Shown here: positions 40,230-53,537 of the stretch, piece by piece
Numbering within the stretch: position 1 is the first letter of the stretch
Layout of the letters: each line of letters opens with the position of its first letter
Assembly (NCBI GenBank): GCA_964016885.1
Contig: OZ024742.1
Coordinates: forward strand, 194,122,001-194,186,000
Direction of reading: 5' to 3'
From: Eledone cirrhosa
Taxonomy: Eukaryota
DNA length: 64,000 nucleotides
Made by a program: the position numbers and the translations under genes
Notes under the pieces: generated by a model
Databases searched by the model: none
Told to the model about the DNA's origin: nothing
What the model saw: the letters and a program-made list of their open reading frames with translations, nothing else

Positions 40230-40581
40230 ATATACAAATGGTTTCTACAGGACAAGAAGTGTTTCATTAGGGAGAAATCACCAGAAGGGGCTTCCTAACG
40301 ATTTCTACCGAATGAATCAGCTCTAGTCCTGTAGAATCCATTTTTATATTAAATATTTATACTCAGCTATGTATTGAGTACGTTACTCACTGTGGTTACC
40401 CCCGATTGAACCCAGGATAAATATATATATATATATAACCAAAGATTAATATGGTTCATTGATTACTCAATGAATATAGTTTTACAATAGAATAAAAGCA
40501 CTCTACAATTAAGTTTTCTGGAGTTATTAATAGTATTCAGAATATTAATAAATAAAGACATTCCCATAATCAAACTATATG

Positions 40582-40643
40582 TTTTATTATATATATTTCG
40601 AAGGTACTGTGCTGTTTTTTCAGTACGTCGTCGTCAGATAAAA
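40582..40643 (-). ncRNA. Hammerhead ribozyme motif
   Basis: Minus strand: TTTTAT-CTGACGA-CGAC-GTACTG...CAGTAC-CTTC-GAAAT-ATAT-ATA-ATAAAA. Confidence 0.7.
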
Positions 40644-40780
40644 GACATGAATTGATGTATGACGTACCTAAACGGTCTTGATGGTTCATTTCCAGTATTG
40701 GAATTCCAGTATTCTAGTACTGCCAATACTGGAATTAAACAACCAATACGGTTGTGGTATGCCATACATCAATTCATGTA

Positions 40781-40842
40781 TTTTATCTGACGAGGACGTA
40801 CTGCAACAACAGCACTGTGCCTTGGAAATATATATATTAAAA
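40781..40842 (+). ncRNA. Hammerhead ribozyme motif (more diverged partner copy)
   Basis: TTTTAT-CTGACGA-GGAC-GTACTG...CTGTGC-CTTG-GAAAT-ATAT-ATA-TTAAAA. Confidence 0.6.
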
Positions 40843-40888
40843 CATATATGTTGATTATGTGAATGTCTTCATTTATTAATATTCTGAA

Positions 40889-40928
<40 letters not shown>

Positions 40929-40930
<2 letters not shown>

Positions 40931-41790
40931 CCGAAACATCGGTTCAGGATACATTTACAGCTGACGATAGTAACGCCACCGCTCCTTTCGTTTCATAACT
41001 TTTGTATTTACCGCCGTGACCATACCTGCTGTGGTCTATCTGTGTACCCTCCACACTTTCGCATCGACCCTCCCTTCTCTCTTGCCTTCTCGTCACTCTC
41101 GTTTTTTTTATCTCTCTCTCCCTATCCATCCGTTCGGTTTTGATTGTTGACATGTTTACACGTGCCGTGGTGGGCTCTCTGTCCGCAATCTTTGCGGCAC
41201 CTTTTTACCACCGTCGTAAAAAACCCTTCTGGATTATCTCCCTTTCCCTTCTCCTCCTCACTTTTGGTTGCCCGCGGCTCTCTCTCACTTGTTCCTGTCT
41301 ACGTGAGAGCTAGCACGATTGTACCAGCTCTGACTCATAGCTGACCACCAGGCTAGTCTCCCAGGTTGGCCACAACTTACTTTCCCTATTTTTCCCCGGT
41401 TCCTTTTTCGCATGTTTCTTTCACCTTTGTCTTCCCACGATGGGATCTGTACACATTATTTTCTTCTATTCCTTTCCATTTTACCCCTCTTCTTCTCTCC
41501 TCATCTTTTCCTCTATGTTCTTCTTCCTTTCCCTCTCTTTCCTTTTCTCTCTCCCTTTTTTTCTCGCTTTCTCATTCCTTTTCCACCTGGCCTTTTGATT
41601 AATAAAAGGCCTCGGGCGCACCCGAAATACACCGATGTGCTGTAATTCAGCGCCGAAACATCGGTTCGGGATACATTTACAGCTGACGATGGAAACTCCT
41701 TTCTTCCTTTCTCCCCCTGTTCCGTCCTAAACCACCATCATAAACCTTATTTTTGTAACCACACAGCTCCTTTCGTTTCATAACTTTATA
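40929..41790 (+). mobile_element. Non-coding element with terminal direct repeats between (TA)n tracts (pLTR-like)
   Basis: CGCCGAAACATCGGTTC.GGATACATTTACAGCTGACGAT at 40929 and 41651; GCTCCTTTCGTTTCATAACTTT at 40981 and 41767. Confidence 0.6.
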
Positions 41791-41900
41791 TATATATATA
41801 ATGCAATATAATATAATATATAACTTTATATATATATATAATGCAATATAATATAATATATAACTTTATATATATATATAATGCAATATAATATAATATA
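41781..41900 (+). repeat. 40-bp AT-rich tandem repeat (3 copies)
   Basis: TAACTTTATATATATATATAATGCAATATAATATAATATA x3. Confidence 0.9.
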
Positions 41901-42085
41901 ATTGTTTCTTCATTTGGCACAAGGCCAGCAATTTTCCCAGTGCATTACTGGTACTTTATTTTATCGATCCCGTAAGGATGAAAGACAAAGTTAACCTCGG
42001 CAGGATTTGAACTCAGATCAGAAAGAGGCATAACTCTGAGCTGCAAAGAATTTTGTCAGACCCTCTACTGATACTGCCAATCCAC
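41900..42085 (-). mobile_element. tRNA-type SINE copy
   Basis: Reverse complement of the SINE consensus (..GGATTTGAACTCAGATC..ACTGCCAATCCAC). Confidence 0.9.
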
Positions 42086-43469
42086 AAGGAAACACACAAA
42101 GAAGTCTGTTTTGTATTACATGGGTTGAAAAACCACTTTGTTGCAATACATAAAATCTATGAACAAACGGAAAATACATAATAACCGGAAAAAATGAATT
42201 AAAATGCACAAACCATTTCAATAACTATGAAACTCCTGGGCAAACTACAAATAGAGTTTGTTTCGCCATAAATTAGTGGCTGTGTTAGATAACCCTAAGG
42301 CTTTTCAGCAGAGTAAGGATCTTATGAACAGCACACCTAGAGATAATTTAGCTAACTAAATATCGCACGTGTTGTATGTAGTAAGAGAACAAGTAACACC
42401 TTGCGCGGCAGATAGTGCATAGTGGCATGAGTGGATCGTAAAATAGCTAGAAAGTGCAGCCTAAAGCCGCTCAACTTTAAAAGCCACTCAACGTTAAAAG
42501 AATGTATTTACAGATAAATGCATATATTATGTGTGGTTCATCGTTGGTAATCGGAAAGTGACTACAGTTGAAATAAGTACTAAATACGTTAGCAGAGTAT
42601 AAATATCTTTATTTTATATAGAAATGAATTCATGACAAAGAAATCAACAGGAAGGTGATGGTGATTTCATACGAATGAAACAGTTCTAATCCTATAAAAG
42701 ACACACACACATACATACACACACACACCATGAGCCTAATATTCATAAGCTTATTTATGATTTTCTTCTCCCCTACTATGGCTTCCTTGTTTCTTTTAAT
42801 CTACATTCATATTTAGTATTTATTTTTCATTTTAAGGAATGATTTCTTACTATCATAATGTTATGATATTGGTTTTTGTTCTTAGCTATGTATAAATGTG
42901 GGTGTTTCTTATATATTTATATACCTATGGCAACACACAATGAGAGAGATGTTGAAACAGTAAGAGCATTTTTCATTAAAAAATTCTATCTGTAGTTCTA
43001 CATATAAATGTATTGAATATTTTATTGCGTTATATTTTTATATTCTTCTTCAGATGGATCTCAAAATTGCACACACACAAACAGACACACACACACACAG
43101 ACAAACCACACACGCCATACTCACACATACAGACGTACACATAAACACACCTATGTATAATTACTGGAATGGCCTTGGTTTTCATGATTGAATGTTCCAG
43201 TCGCTCGATCGATTGAACAGTTGTTCATGAAAAGCGCGCATAATTAGATGAACATTTCACAGACACGTGCACTGTCAAAGTAATCCTATAGGAGATTCAA
43301 AAAAATTGTATGCGTGACGAGGTTAGACCTTTGAGTTACAGGGACAGTCCATCCGACGGGCTTCTAAACAGTTTCTCTCCACCGAATTTCACTTAAACTG
43401 GCGGAAGTTGCCAAGCTGTGTAATCGAACTGGAGATATAGATATGGCGACGCAAATCTCTGTGTGCGCA

Positions 43470-46400
43470 TAGCCGGGGGGGGGGGGGTTGCCGTTTTGCT
43501 GCGGAAACACCAGGGCCTCGTAACACAGACGGTACATCTGGACACGGAGGGTCGACTGGTGGTCCTAGACGTTGACAGTAGTAAAGGTGGAGCCTTCAGG
43601 CTGGTGGCCGCATATGCCCCATCCGGGACATCGCGGCCAGACTTCTTCAAACGTCTAGAGATTTTTCTGGGAACGTCCCGCTCCTTGCTTTTAGTGGGGG
43701 ACTGGAATGGATTCCTAGATGCACGTTGGGACTATGTGGGAGCATGTCCCGATAAAGGGGGGTGTAACATCCTCAAACAGTTAATCGGCCGATTTGACCT
43801 GGCCGATAGATATCGACTAGATTTTCCGACTCTGCCACTGTGGCGTGGTCTAATCGTAGCGGAACATCTACATCGTACCTAGATAGGGTTCTAGTTAGAA
43901 ATAAGGATAGGGACATATTAAGCTGTCCACAAATGTTCATGGTTGCCTATTCAGATCACAAACTAGTTGCCTGCATGGTCAACCTTGATAGAATCCATAG
44001 ACAAGGACCCGGCTACTGGAAGCTGATCTTGTTGTTACCAACATGCAAAGCCTACAGTAGACGGATTAGCACTTTAGTTAAACAGCACTTGACAGGGGCC
44101 ATTGTCAACAACAGATGGTGGTACTCTCTCAAGAGGGCAGTTAGATTAGACTCGTTAGTTTTTAGTAAATAATTAGCGTTAGATAGAAATAGAACCGAGA
44201 AAGAATTTGTAGATAAAGTAGAAGAGGCAATTAGAAGTGACAACGTAGCCAGCGTGCTAACAACGTGAACGGCCTTGGACCAGTTCTTCGACGCAAAACA
44301 CGAGGGCTGCGTTGTCAGAAGCAAAATACGTGCTCTTGGAAACGAGGGAGCCAAAGCTGTTAGCTTGGCCCGAGTGGCGGAGGCAAAAAGTGGCAACAAG
44401 TCCACGATTCGGTCTTTGAAGGACCAAAACTGACGCGTGAAACCTGAGCCGAAACAGGTGTGTGCGGCCTTTCAGCAGCACTTTTCTCGGCTGTCCGGGC
44501 AGAGCGTCACGCCGTGAGGGGCTATGGATTCAGTCCATACCTCGACGGCCTACCGCGACTCTCGGACAGCGAGGCAAAGTTCTGCGAAAAGCCGATTTCA
44601 GCCGCTGAGATAAGGGACGCGTTGAGCCAACGCGGCAAACGCAAATCTCCAGGTGTCGACGGTCTACCCTACGAATTTTACGTAGCAACGCCGGACCTAT
44701 TCTCCGGTCTCCTGGAAGCGGTCTACTGCAACTGGCAACAGAACGGGAGAATTCCCAGTTATGTGACCGGAGGCGTAGTCACACTAATCAGGAAGGACGA
44801 GAATAAGGGGGATGACATAGGCAACTTCCGGCCCATAACTCTGCTAAACACAGAGGTACAGTTGTTGGCAAAGAGGCTGGCGCTTGTCGTCGAGAACCTG
44901 GTGGGAGAGCGCAGACATGCGCAATCCCGACCAGGTCCATACACGACAACCTCCACCTCATGCGATACATCATAGAGAGGGTTGGGTGTAAACCCGGCTT
45001 CGGTATGGGCGTGATCAACTTGGATCAGTCTAAGGCTTTCGATAGGGTTGACCATCGTGACCTGGATGCGGTGCTCGAGGCGGCAGGCTTCGGACCCGTG
45101 TTCAGGGACTAGATTGCTGCAATGCATAATAGCAACATCTGCTCAAGGGTTAAGTTGAACAGCTACCTCTCCGAGCCGTTCCATATCACGCGATCCATTC
45201 GACAGGGATGCCCTCTGTCCTCCCTTCTGTACGTATTGACTCTCGAGCCACTACTGCGGAAGTTGGAGCTATTGCAGGACATCACTCTGGAACCGGGACC
45301 GCGGAAAGCGGCGTCGGCCTACGCCGACGACGTGACAGTAATGTTGTCGAGAGCCTCGTAAATCGAGGAGGTCGGCACCTTACTGAAGGAATACGAAAGG
45401 TTCACAGGAGCGAAGCTGAACCGGGACAAGTCCATCGGTTTGCAACTCGGATCGTGGAGAGGCATGCCGATGCCCTCCGATGGCGTCGTCGGACGCTGGA
45501 CGGAAGGACCAGTAAAGCTGCTAGGGGTCTGGTTTGGTCCAGACCTCCAGGTGGAGAAGAACTGGAACCAGGTGTCGCCCAAGGTGTTTGGACTCACCCA
45601 GAAGTGGGCCGAGTGCAAACTATCATTGAAAGGTCGAGCGGAGGTGGCGAACACTTTTATAGCGTCCGCCATCTACTCCCGCTTGACCGTCGTGCCTAGT
45701 CCAGCCAAAAAGCTCGCCAAAATGGAACGTGCTCTCTTCCAATTCCTTTGGAAGAGGCGGGCTTCTTTGGTGAGAAGATCCATCTGCTGCCAACGCCCTT
45801 CCGACGGAGGGCTGGGGATGCCGTGGCTGACGATGCGCAAACACGCACTCAGGCTGCGGCATTTATACGTATTCCTCACAGGACAACCGGTGTGGGCCCC
45901 ATTCGTGAGGTGATCCTTCCCACGACTAGTCTCGCTGACCGAGCTGCAGTCCTGTGTCAAGCCCGAGGAAAACGGGCGACGGGCACATCGAATGTGCTCA
46001 GGCGCTCACAGCCCTCTGGCAGGCGGAACCGGCGATCAGTGGAGACCCCACTTCGTCATTCTATAGAGGGTTGATCCGCAGCAAGTGCGACGATGTGCTC
46101 GGTGAAACTCTGGGAGTAGAGGAAGATGAACTAGCCAGTCTGTTCGGTAGAACCTTCCGCTCGGGACAGATGGATAACTTCCAAGAGTTCCTGGCCTGGC
46201 AGTGCTACCGAGGAGCTCTACTAGTTCGAGACAAGCTCTACAGACATGGGCGCCCGGGCGGGGACCCTGCAAAAGAGATCTGTCCGAGGTGCGTACGAGA
46301 CGAAGAAACCGTCGCGCACGCATTCATACACTGCCCTGGCGTCACCGACCTGTGGAGCTATGTAGAACGACTATTGTCGCGGGTGGGACCAATCCAGTTG

Positions 46401-46928
46401 AGCACCGAATCCATTGTCATGATCAAACCGCCACCCTCCTTCAAAAAGGAAGGAGAGGCGGTTTTCCTTTGTGTAATAGCTATGGCGAAAGAGGTTGTAT
46501 GGTGGACAAGGTTGAAAGGGCTGAGGTCAGACACCTTTCTCTCCGGCCAACAACTGATTCTTTTTTCAAATACCACTGTGGAAGAAGAATCAGGATGGAG
46601 AGAGAGGTGCTGTAGCCCAGCAAGTTTTATGAAAGGTGGGTGAAAGTGGCGACAATGGCCTGAGAGAATGGGCCTTCTCTCTATATCTAGGTTCAGGAAA
46701 AAGATGAGGAGAGGAAAGGAGTACAAACTCTACGTACTCCTGGAGATGAGTGTTGCACATTTTTTTCGGAGGTATGTGTTACCCATATGTAATGTCTCCC
46801 TCTATTGGGGAAAATCGATTAATTTTTAAATTGCATTTGTGATAATATTTTACACGTTTTTATTGTATGTAAACTTCCCTCTTTGTATTTGTCCACTTCT
46901 TTTGTGCCCCTGTCGCTAATAAAGAAAC
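43470..46928 (+). mobile_element. Tx1/L1-clade LINE, 5'-truncated ORF2 (APE endonuclease + RT + C-terminal Cys motif), disrupted
   Basis: GVAVLL..GRLVVLD..YAP..VGDWN (APE), SYLDRVL..SDHK, KSPGVDGLPYEFY, NFRPITLLNT, DQSKAFDRVDH, RQGCPLS..YADDV, KLLGVWF, GGLGMP, CPRC..ETVAHAFIHC; several stops and frameshifts; ends AATAAAGAAAC. Confidence 0.93.
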
Positions 46929-47010
46929 ATATCTAATTCTCTCTCTCTCTCCCCCTCTCTCTCTCTCTCTGTCTCTCTCTCTATGTATATATATATATAC
47001 TCCCGCTCGC

Positions 47011-47080
47011 CAATAGCGTAAGGTCTTCAAAAGGCTTTTAATTAAGCATACAGTGTATTGTAAAATACACTTTATATACA

Positions 47081-47130
<50 letters not shown>

Positions 47131-47200
47131 TGTATATAAAGTGTACTTTACAATACACTGTATGCTTAACTAAAAGCCTTTTGAAGACCTTACGCTATTG
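47011..47200. repeat. Near-perfect 190-bp palindrome centred on (TA)n
   Basis: Arm CAATAGCGTAAGGTCTTCAAAAGGCTTTTA...CATTCA and its reverse complement ending ...GACCTTACGCTATTG. Confidence 0.92.
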
Positions 47201-47420
47201 TTTTAAAGTAGTGACAATGTCACTTACTTCTATTTTCAGCAAACAAGGGGAGATAAGCTGACAGAGCCCAGTTTTGTACTTGTTGGTACTCATAAAAGCT
47301 CACCACTCCTGTTTGCTGAAAATTATGAATGTTTGATTCTTATAGAATTCCAGTAATAATCAGGAACTGATTGTATAGAGCGGTTGAAACAAGGCACAGA
47401 AACAAAGGAAGGGAATCCCC

Positions 47421-47465
47421 AGTCACTGAAGAGGTCACAGAGTGTGTGACGAAAGGACTATGACT
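47421..47465 (+). ncRNA. Minimal hammerhead ribozyme motif
   Basis: AGTCA-CTGAAGA-G-GTCAC-AGAGTGT-GTGAC-GAAAG-GA-CTA-TGACT; 5-bp stems I and II. Confidence 0.82.
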
Positions 47466-47626
47466 ATATATAAACAACTATCTGGTTGTGGAACCAACCA
47501 ACCAACCAGAAATTTATAAGTTTGTAAATTTGTAAATTTATAAATTTATAAATATATAATAAATCGAATTATAAATATATAATAAATCGAATTGAAAGCA
47601 ACTGGTGCGTGTGTTTCTTATTGGCA

Positions 47627-47708
47627 ACATGACCCTCCCAAAGTATAACAATATCGGTTTCAACATACGATTTCAGATAAAGAATCTTGCTAAACAAATT
47701 CAGAAACG
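47627..47708 (-). repeat. Solo terminal fragment of the 27268-30435 PLE family
   Basis: ATGACCCTCCCAAAGTATAACAATAT...CGATTTCA is the reverse complement of about 27270-27349. Confidence 0.7.
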
Positions 47709-49366
47709 AAATATATATATATATATATATACATATATGTGTGTGTATATATATATATACACACACACACACACGCACACATGTACATATATATATCCTC
47801 CACATATTTTCTGTCAACTCCGTCTGTTGGTTTCCAATGGCCTAGTCTTCTGCCGGCAACTTTTATTTGCAACTGATTTTCTTAACAGTTTTCTTAGTTA
47901 ACGCTTGTCGTAAGAAATGTTACATATATGTCATGAAGCTGGAAGATGACAATAAATGATCAGCGTTTCTTCTATAGTTCAGGCCAACATTTCTTGACAT
48001 ATCTTCAAGCATACTTTCAAAATTGTGTGCTTTTAAATCTTTGGAGTCCTTATTTTGTCTTACACTATGGTTAAAGATGTCATCAGCATTAATATATTTG
48101 AAACGATTTTATTTCCGACTAAATTTATTACCCTGACTTTGCTGACTTGCACATGGGATGTCATCTTGAGCAATAAGAAAAGAAAACTCAATTGCAATTC
48201 TTATTCCATTTTTCAAGCTCTGTTACAGAAATTGTTTTCTAAATGCTCCCACAACAAAAACGTTAAAAGTTCTTTATCACAAAATTATTCATCTCATCTG
48301 AGTGATATTCCATGACATTTCGATAGTGATAATTCTAAAACAACAGATTTCCTCAGGTGTTGATTTCGGTCTTGCAGTTTCTTTCTTTCCCCTAGCTACA
48401 GACTTTCACTAGATTTACATTCCTTGCTGTCAGTAGTATTTTCATAGTTCAGCTAATTCATCAAGAATATATTATTTATTGTAAAAATTACTATTTGGTA
48501 TATCGGATAATTTTCTATGGCTATTTAGCACTAGATCATTATTTTCTCTTTCGTCAATTTCAAAACAATATAGTATGTTTTTTATTCTTTGGTTTTCCCA
48601 TTCTATACGGAACACGAAATGGTAAAAATATATCAAGGTTTCCAAGTTTACTATGAGTGATTTGCTAGCAAGAAACCTCCCCTCTTCGTCGAGCGATGCT
48701 TTTAGTAGAGTCCAATATTTTGCAATCTTTTAGACGAAGAGTTTTTTGTGAGAATATATTCCTTACACCCTCCCTCCCGATCTTCACTATCGTCCTCCCT
48801 CACCAAGGGCATTGGGGCACTGAAAAAGTTGTTTGTGTATACAGCTCTTCCCTCATTGACTTAACCGTTAAAAAAACGATGTCATAATAATCATCTGATC
48901 TCATGAAAAGAACGAAATGTCAAAGTCTCAAATTATATGATTATCTATATTGTTTAAACTATCTTAATTGCAAAATGATGATAAAAAGAAAACTCTATAG
49001 ATTATATTGTGTAATGTTGTTATTGTTTCCATTAATCTAACAGTGTTCCAAGCAGCTGCTATGGATATATCTTCAGAATCAAGGTAATGCTTGACAGAGT
49101 ATTAGATAAACATCAATGTTTATAGCCAACCGGTTACGTCATTGTCTGTTCCTATCCTTACAATCACACCATCAAATGAAAACAAATGTTAAATAGTGAT
49201 TTATCTCATACCCTTTTGACTCATATTTTAACCCTTGAAATCGTTGATCGCGTTTGTAATTGTTATTGCATAAAGAGCGTTCAAAAGCAAAATTCACCAA
49301 ATAGTTCTCAAACATCCCGAATTAAGCCGTACTTCCAGACGTTCAACCATCTGGCAGGAAGGTATA

Positions 49367-49407
49367 CGGTACTGACGATAGCTAATAAGCTTGAAACTAG
49401 TACATCG
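49367..49407 (+). ncRNA. Minimal hammerhead ribozyme motif
   Basis: CGGTA-CTGACGA-T-AGCT-AATA-AGCT-T-GAAAC-TA-GTA-CATCG; one stem I mismatch. Confidence 0.75.
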
Positions 49408-49789
49408 TTCTTTGTCAGTGTTGAACAAAGGGCAACGACGGTTGCTAAACACTGTACGGCTTAATTCGGGATATTTGTTTACAAACAAACCGAGCATTAT
49501 AATAAATGCTCGGTAAATCCATACGTACATGTATATATGTGTGCATGTATGTATATATACATACTACTGTACGTCTATATACATATATGTATGTACGTGT
49601 ACATACTTATATTTAAGTAACAGCCGTACTAAGAGTGACAAATGAAATTTCGTTTCATTATTTCCATTTATCGTTTTCGGTGCGCCCGGCCGATTAACTC
49701 ACTTGATATGCAAATTAGGCGGCTCAGCCTTAATGTGCATAAGAAAAGTATATACTTTCAGACGTTCAACCATCTGGCAGGAAGGTATA

Positions 49790-49830
49790 CGGTGCTTACG
49801 ATAGCTAATAAGCTTGAAACTAGTACATCG
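49790..49830 (+). ncRNA. Hammerhead motif with mutated core (CTTACGA)
   Basis: Same context as 49367-49407 but G5 is replaced by T; likely inactive. Confidence 0.6.
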
Positions 49831-50043
49831 TTCCTATGTCAGTGTTGAACAAAAACTGTAACGATGGTTGCTAAACACTGTACGTCTTAATTCGGGATGT
49901 TTGTTTACAAACAAACCGAGCATTATAATAAATGCTCGGTAAATCCATACGTACATGTATATATGTGTACATATATGTATATATATATATATATATACAT
50001 ACTACTGTACGTCTGTATACATATATGATTGTACGTGTACATA

Positions 50044-50169
<126 letters not shown>

Positions 50170-50485
50170 CTAGACCAGAAAAATGCGCAAGCTCAAAAGA
50201 CCCACAGAATGTTATAGTAAATCTTCAAAAGTGTGGGACTATGTGTGTGACGTATTATATTCGTTTTTTCCCGTTCTTTGCCAGGGAACGTTTCCACGAA
50301 CCAAAGTATCGTCTTCCTGTCTTCCTCCGGTTGCAACGTTTTTTTGAAATATTCACTTCTGCGTTTACAGATTGAATTTGTCAGTTTCAGAAGATCCCGT
50401 TAACTGGTGAAAGCAGCGATTCTTTGCTTAAACTTTAATCTGTTATTTTAATCTCTCTCTCTCTATCTATCTATATATATATATA

Positions 50486-51960
50486 TATTGTTATACATGG
50501 GGAGGGTCATAATGTTATAATATTGTCAGAAATAATAGATAATAACAGAACACACTCACTGTTTGGTTGGTTTTCGCTTCTTTATCTATATCTCCATAGT
50601 TAATTTATTTGGCAATCAATGTTTATCATTGATTGACCAGCGGTTAAAAATATAGATATAAATATATGTGTATATATATATGTATAATCTATCAAAGTTA
50701 TTTCGTCGCACATCTGCAACATCATAAGTGGTACTATTATATTTCCTCCAATTGTAGTGTATTGTATATCTACGCCATTTTTATTTCATTTATTTATTTA
50801 TTTATTCTTGTCTCTCTCTGCGCATGCTTTTGCGTGTGTGTATAATATTTGGTGCGTGTTCTCGTTTGAGTGTATGTGTTTTTGTTTTTGTATTCTATCT
50901 TTCTTCACTAGCGTGTGTTTATATGTGTTCGTTGTTATTGTACTTGCGTATATATTTATTTATTTATTTATAATTCCCTTAAGTCAGTATTGGTTGTTTG
51001 GGTATGGTTGTTGATGTTATTCCATTTGTTCTATCTGTTCAACTTCGGTCTTCGTAGTTCTATCTCAGTTTCTTCTCTGATTTGCCTACCTGTAGAGTCA
51101 TTTCTATGCTTATTTTAATTTCTATGTTGTCTATATTGCCGTCATATCTTTGTTTGACGTGTTCATATAGTACTGAACCGTTTTTGTGTCCTTTTAGTCT
51201 CACAAATGTTGGTATATTCTTTCTCCTATGCTACGAGCTGTCTCACCTATGTATGTCGTTGTCATGTTTCTGCAAGTACCCTCTCTTCATCTTATGCTAT
51301 AGACTACATTTCTAGTTTTACAATTTATCTGGGGGTTCATTTTACATATAACACATTTCTTATTAGTACTGTGGGTTTTCTTACTGATCAGGGATTTTAT
51401 GGTAGTTCCTGGCTATTACACCACTTTAATCTTTAGATGGGTCTTTTTTAGGCCCTTTCTGCGTTGCTTAGCTAATTTCCCTCCAGCGGAAGCATCCACG
51501 AACATGACACTCTGCTATCTCTGGTAGTCGTACCATGAATGGATTTCCCTATCTTATGTTTAGTCATATCTAAGATATTCCAAGAATTGCTCCTATATAA
51601 TGGGCAAATTACTTTTATGTCCATTTCTATGAGGGTCTTATATTTCTCCGTGGCTCCTTTGTATACTCTGATTCTGTCTCTTTGGTTGTAGCATGCGATT
51701 GATGAAGTATCAGATGTGTCTTTCCATTTCAGTTGGGTTGCACATGCGGGAGACATTCTTCATCACCCTTACCAAGTCTGCGATCAGAATATTAAACATA
51801 GCACTATTGGACATTGGTGAGTTTTTTAGTATCAGGTATTTGGAGTTCATTGGTTTAGCATAGTGTGAGTGGAGAATTTGGCCCCTCTCTTTCATAGTGT
51901 TAATCCAGAGCTCCCTGTCTAATACTGGTAGTCTATTGTTAGGGTGTTTGGAAGGGTAGT
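50486..51960 (-). mobile_element. 5'-truncated second copy of the 27268-30435 PLE family
   Basis: YPSKHPNNRLPVLDRELW..HSHYAKPMNSKYLILKNS..ADLVRVMKNVS (51710-52018), GIY-YIG region near 51000-51330, and the same terminus (..GACCCTCCCCATGTATAACAATA) next to (TA)n. Confidence 0.9.
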
Positions 51961-51966
51961 AGCACA

Positions 51967-52004
<38 letters not shown>

Positions 52005-53045
52005 CTGTGCGTGCGCACACTTCAAATTCCTCCAGGATTTTTTAGTACACACGCATTCAAATGCACGCACAAACAATCAAGCGTGTATGTCAGTGTTTGT
52101 GCGTCTATGTGTGTCTGCATTTTAGATATGGAGCATTTGGAAATTTGAAAATATGTTCACTAACACGGATATACCTGCGTTAAGTCGAGTAAAGTATACA
52201 AGTTCAGAAGAAAATGCGGACGATGCATGTTTCTAAGTTATTATACTAGGGTTGTACTAAGTACTACTGCCAATGGATTTAATTGTAGACTATATTGATA
52301 CCAACATCTGTTTCTTTTAATTCTACTACTTATTTATCTATATCTATTAGTTTTACATGCACATTACATACCCCACACTAGTAAATATTACTTATTATTA
52401 AATGGAATGAATACAAACAAAACACTCTCACGCACCCAACCGTAATGAAAGAATGTTCAACTCAGCAGTTTCTGCTTCAGCGGTTATATGCTGTGGACGA
52501 AATAGTTGTGTGTGGTTCAATTATTTGAAAATAGAAGGAGACTTACCTATCTTCGATTGGAAACAAGTCATTATTCTTGCATATCCAGAAGAATCAGGTG
52601 TGAAATCTTGCAGAAGAGATACCAAAGGCGTCTCATGTTAAGACTTGGGTGGATTCGGAGGTTAAGCTGATATCTGATTTTAGATCAGAAAATAATGAAT
52701 TCTGGCTTATCATAACCAACTTCGTAATAAGAAAGCTCTCTCCATGTCTGGTATCAGGAATGTGTCAGGAGTTCTCTTCTGGGAAATATGCATCCCCACA
52801 AAATGGAGGTAATAATTGACTAATTTCCTAAAACCGAGCGTAACAACACATTCTGAGGTACATGTGGTGCTTCTGGGAGTGATATTATTCACATGGTCGG
52901 CTGGTATCGTTTGGGTAATTTGAGATAATTGTATTGGAAATTAAAAGGCTCGATTCGTACATATTACTTTAATATTGCACATTTACCAGAAAAGTATATA
53001 TGTACGCACACACATATATACAGTGCACGCGCGCACACACGCCCA

Positions 53046-53130
<85 letters not shown>

Positions 53131-53355
53131 CATATATACAGTCGCAGTCATGTTCAAAGAGAACCAATGTACTATGATCTCCACGGTATTGTCAAGAGTC
53201 ACAGGTAACCTGATGCAAGACCTGAGGCCAGGGAGATCCATAGTTGGCGTCAATGTGTGAAGGCCTGCATTTCTCTAGCATGCTTGAAAAGCCATATCCG
53301 AGCGGCACACGTCTGAATTTGACAAGCAATTGCAATGCACGTAGAAGAGCTTACA

Positions 53356-53396
<41 letters not shown>

Positions 53397-53410
53397 TACA
53401 TATATATATA

Positions 53411-53537
53411 GGGCGGGTAACATTCCCGTGATCCATGGACGAGTTCCGTCCAGCGGTCTCTGTCCCGCATTACCACTGCCATGTCCTGCGTCTCCAACAG
53501 ACCATTGTCTGTCCTTAGGGCATTAACATACGATACC
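53411..53537 (-). mobile_element. RTE-like LINE extreme 3' fragment
   Basis: YVNALRTDNGLLETQDMAVVMRDRDRWTELV resembles the RTE C-terminal M.DR..W motif. Confidence 0.55.

Larger units (their letters stand above)
40528..40896. mobile_element. About 370-bp foldback element with two oppositely oriented hammerheads
   Basis: Left and right halves are imperfect reverse complements over almost the whole length. Confidence 0.8.
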
